This document shows, one piece after another, positions 61,048 through 64,000 of a stretch of 64,000 bases of DNA (positions are counted from its first letter, which is position 1; every line of letters starts with the position of its first letter). The stretch is taken from NCBI GenBank assembly GCA_051362555.1, contig CM120644.1:14716534-14780533 (forward strand), written 5' to 3'. A program made the translations under genes and the position numbers. The stretch comes from Lingula anatina (Eukaryota > Animalia > Brachiopoda). Under the pieces are notes generated by a model that was given only the letters and a program-made list of their open reading frames with translations, ran no database searches and was not told where the DNA came from.

Positions 61048-61356
61048 AGATTCCCAAGTCGCAGTGCTGATTTTTTATAATTGAAGTATTCCAATTTTAG
61101 TGTACGTATGTCATTCCAATCACATGAGATTGAGAGAATATTAAAGGCTCAAATTTTTTTATCATTCCCAAGTCTCAGTGCTGATTTTTTTCATTAAAAG
61201 TAAGACATTCCAATCTTTGTGTGCGTCATGCAAGTCATATGAGATCCAGTGAATATAACAGTGAATATAAAGAGCTTGAAATTCCTATGCATAAATCCCA
61301 ACTTTTATGCTGATTTTATGTTGTCAAAATGAGTGTGACATTAATTCCAATCTTGG
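61048..61356 (+). repeat. Degenerate ~115-130-bp tandem repeat, 3 units
   Basis: attcccaagtc(g/t)cagtgctgattttt...attccaat at ~61050, 61164, 61294. Confidence 0.7.
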
Positions 61357-61764
61357 TCATCTCCATTAGCCTTTTTTCCCCTGTTTTGTAGGAAAAATGT
61401 TGGTTTGTGATATTCCCACCATTGCATACTTTAAGTCAGCTATCATGCTTGCTTAAATTGAAGTAAAGATTTTTACACTGTTATTGTACATGGAGGTATA
61501 TAAGGAAAATATTTACTTGCTAAGCTTTTCCCTGCAGTGCCAACCCATCATTAGAATGTAGGAATACACCTTTCATGCCATAATTCTTAACATGTATAAT
61601 TTTTTTTGTTTGCTTTTTATGCTTCTATGTGTAAATTTATGTGTGTTACACGAAGATCTGGATTTAACATGCACTGTTAATTTGACTATTTTTTTCAGTG
61701 TAGTAATGAGTTCTTAGTTACATTTTGAGGATTTGAGGATAAATTGCATACAGACTAACCAGGT

Positions 61765-61931
61765 AAGATGTCTGGCATTCCTACTGAAGTTGCTAAATGA
61801 TAGTTAATTACCACCTAACAGCTTCAGTAGGTGTGCCAGACATCAGAGCCACTTATGCTGAATGTAATTTAGCGAGAAACCCCTCGGAGATGGGTCGAAC
61901 CCGCTAGATCGAACTAGGTATGGGAATGGGG
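61765..61931. mobile_element. Partial MITE related to the 9810 family (similar fragment at ~54208-54352)
   Basis: ctactgaag..gctaaatg..agttaattacc.cct.acagcttcagtag..; ends tatgggaatggggt. Confidence 0.6.
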
Positions 61932-64000
61932 TTTAAAAGTGTCCTTGTCTGGTGCTAAGTATTTGTTAAGCAGAGCAAGGTAACATTTATTATCCTTGTG
62001 TCATTGCCTCCCTTCATTCCTCAAAGAAAAAAAATCTGGATCTGCAGGTCTCTTGCCTTGGTGACAAATGTTATCTGCTGAATTTTATTTTTCACAGTAT
62101 TGATCACTGCCATTGCACATTAATAGATTTCATGAGACGGTGAGTGCTAGGGAGGATTACGGCATGAGACCCAATAATGAGAGATATTGGAAAATGAAAT
62201 GTCACCAGCTTCGAAAAAAAGTTCTGTACTTCATCTGACATTAACTAGGAACAGAACCCTCAAAATGACCGGTTTGCTCTTTAACTACTAAATGCCTTTT
62301 GGCATTTAGTTTTAATAATATATGTAGGAAAGCCATTCACTGCTTGTTTTGCTGGAAATGCGTACCTTGTAGCAATTAGATCTTGGTTAATTCAATTTGA
62401 ATTGGACATGTTATTTACATTTGAGACCTAGTTAATTATTTAGCGCATGCAATTAGGTTCTTGCATGATAAACTCTGAATTATGGTCAGTTCTCATTACA
62501 CTAGAACCACTTTATTAAGCCACGTGATACAGTCCAGTGACTTATAATTTTTACAAAATCTGTAATGTTTGTTTGCTAATAACGCAAACAACTGATTTGC
62601 TACAGATTTGTTGTTTAAAGTTGACAGCTGTGACCTGAAGTGGACTTGTCCGAGAATGGCATGGAGTCATTAATCAAAGTTATACTATATATCTATGCAG
62701 GAGATATGCAGGACCAACATTAAGAAAATCGGTAGTGGAAGGTTTAACAAATGTTGTATGTGGTCATTCATAGATGAAACCTGTGCAATTTTTCAGTCAG
62801 AGGTATGAGGGGGAGATGGAGTAGTTGAAATGAAAAAGAAAAAAAAAAACACCCTTTTGGTTAGGAATGGATGCACTCTGAATCTAAATTGCCCATCATG
62901 GTGAAAGGTGCACAATTTCAGAAGTATGGCCCTGCCTCTTTTTGAAATGGCTACCTATAGACTGGCTATAAAATAGACACTATCTACGCCTTCAAGATGT
63001 CTTCCTATATTCCAGTTTAGAGTTGGGATAATATTATTATTCACCTACACCTTCAAGATGTCCTACTGTATTTCTTTATATTTGGACAGAGTATTATGGA
63101 AAACTCATTTTGATTCCAGATATATGTATTTGTTTATATTATCAGGTGCAGCATAACTGGATTTGTTGATTGTTAACTTTTTAAAATAAACATTGCCTGT
63201 CTTTTATGATTACGCAAGATGTTGGCACACCTTAGATAAATGGCAAAAAGTGACTCTAAGCCACTATTGTGAAATCACAAAATGAGCAATTATTATTAGG
63301 AATAACCCCCCTGAAGGAAAATTTTGACTTCGTGGATGATAAAAAAGCACTAAATTCTTCATCTGCATGTAAACACACCTTTCTGTATATTGGACAGGTT
63401 GAAATTTTGGTGTGTGGCCAATAGAAACAGCATTTGTCATGGTAATGGTATTGGAAGTTGGTTGCCGACCTTGCCAATAAAATCAGCAGTATTACATCAA
63501 GCTGCTGGAAGTTATTTTTTTCACCCTGATTGACAGTGCAGTTTTTATGTCATCTTAGTTGCTTTCGTGCTTAGGATGGAGAGATTGCCTGTGCTTCTAT
63601 TTTTTTGGTAAAATGTCATTAGGAAGCCTTTATTGGAAACAACTTGCCTCAAGGAATATTTCTCAATAACATAAGGATTTAGAAATCATTTTGAGTATTG
63701 GCAATAGGTTACTGTCAGTATACCATGTGGCATTTTTAGTCAGAAGGTATCTTGAAGTTTGTTATAAAGCTGCCTCAAACTGATACAGTTTTGTAGTACA
63801 TATGCAAAACACCAACAGACCCAACTGACTGTTCCTTGTAACATCTGGGATCCATTCCACAAAATAATCTATGTCTGAAATATTGGTCCGAACTTCTACA
63901 CCTAATATTTGGTCCAATTTGACGAGTAGAAAAGTGTGTGGTAGTCCAGTTAAGCGAAATATTGCACCTGGTGTACAAAATGAAAGCCATGGCTTGTGTT

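Larger units (their letters stand above)
38051..64000 (+). other. Intron 1 of the ERG channel gene (extends beyond the window)
   Basis: Begins gtaagt. No sequence encoding the expected exon 2 (RKFxIANA..IYCNDGFCE) was found by eye. CpG-poor and MITE-rich. Confidence 0.75.

Overview
AT-rich invertebrate (metazoan) genomic DNA with two parts. (1) 1-30.8 kb is a hierarchically duplicated cluster of convergent gene pairs: single-coding-exon TRIM-NHL E3 ligase genes on + and single-coding-exon GT31 beta-1,3-galactosyltransferase-like genes on -. It comprises a near-identical ~13.0 kb tandem duplication (1-12953 vs 13003-25955) plus an older paralogous unit (~26050-30840). Contents: one intact TRIM-NHL, one TRIM-NHL broken by a 7-bp insertion, TRIM remnants, five GT31 genes (one frameshifted; all with GHD in place of the canonical DxD/DDD motif), three tRNA-Ile(AAT) pseudogenes, a decayed Tc1/mariner and many MITEs, including a triple-nested insertion. 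(2) 31-64 kb holds microsatellite- and CpG-rich upstream sequence, then the 76-bp first coding exon of an ERG/KCNH2-family K+ channel (37975-38050, [25 protein letters not shown]; absent from the ORF track). A >25.9 kb first intron follows, containing MITEs and an excess of TACTAGTA palindromes that look like transposon excision footprints. All alignments and counts were done by eye.
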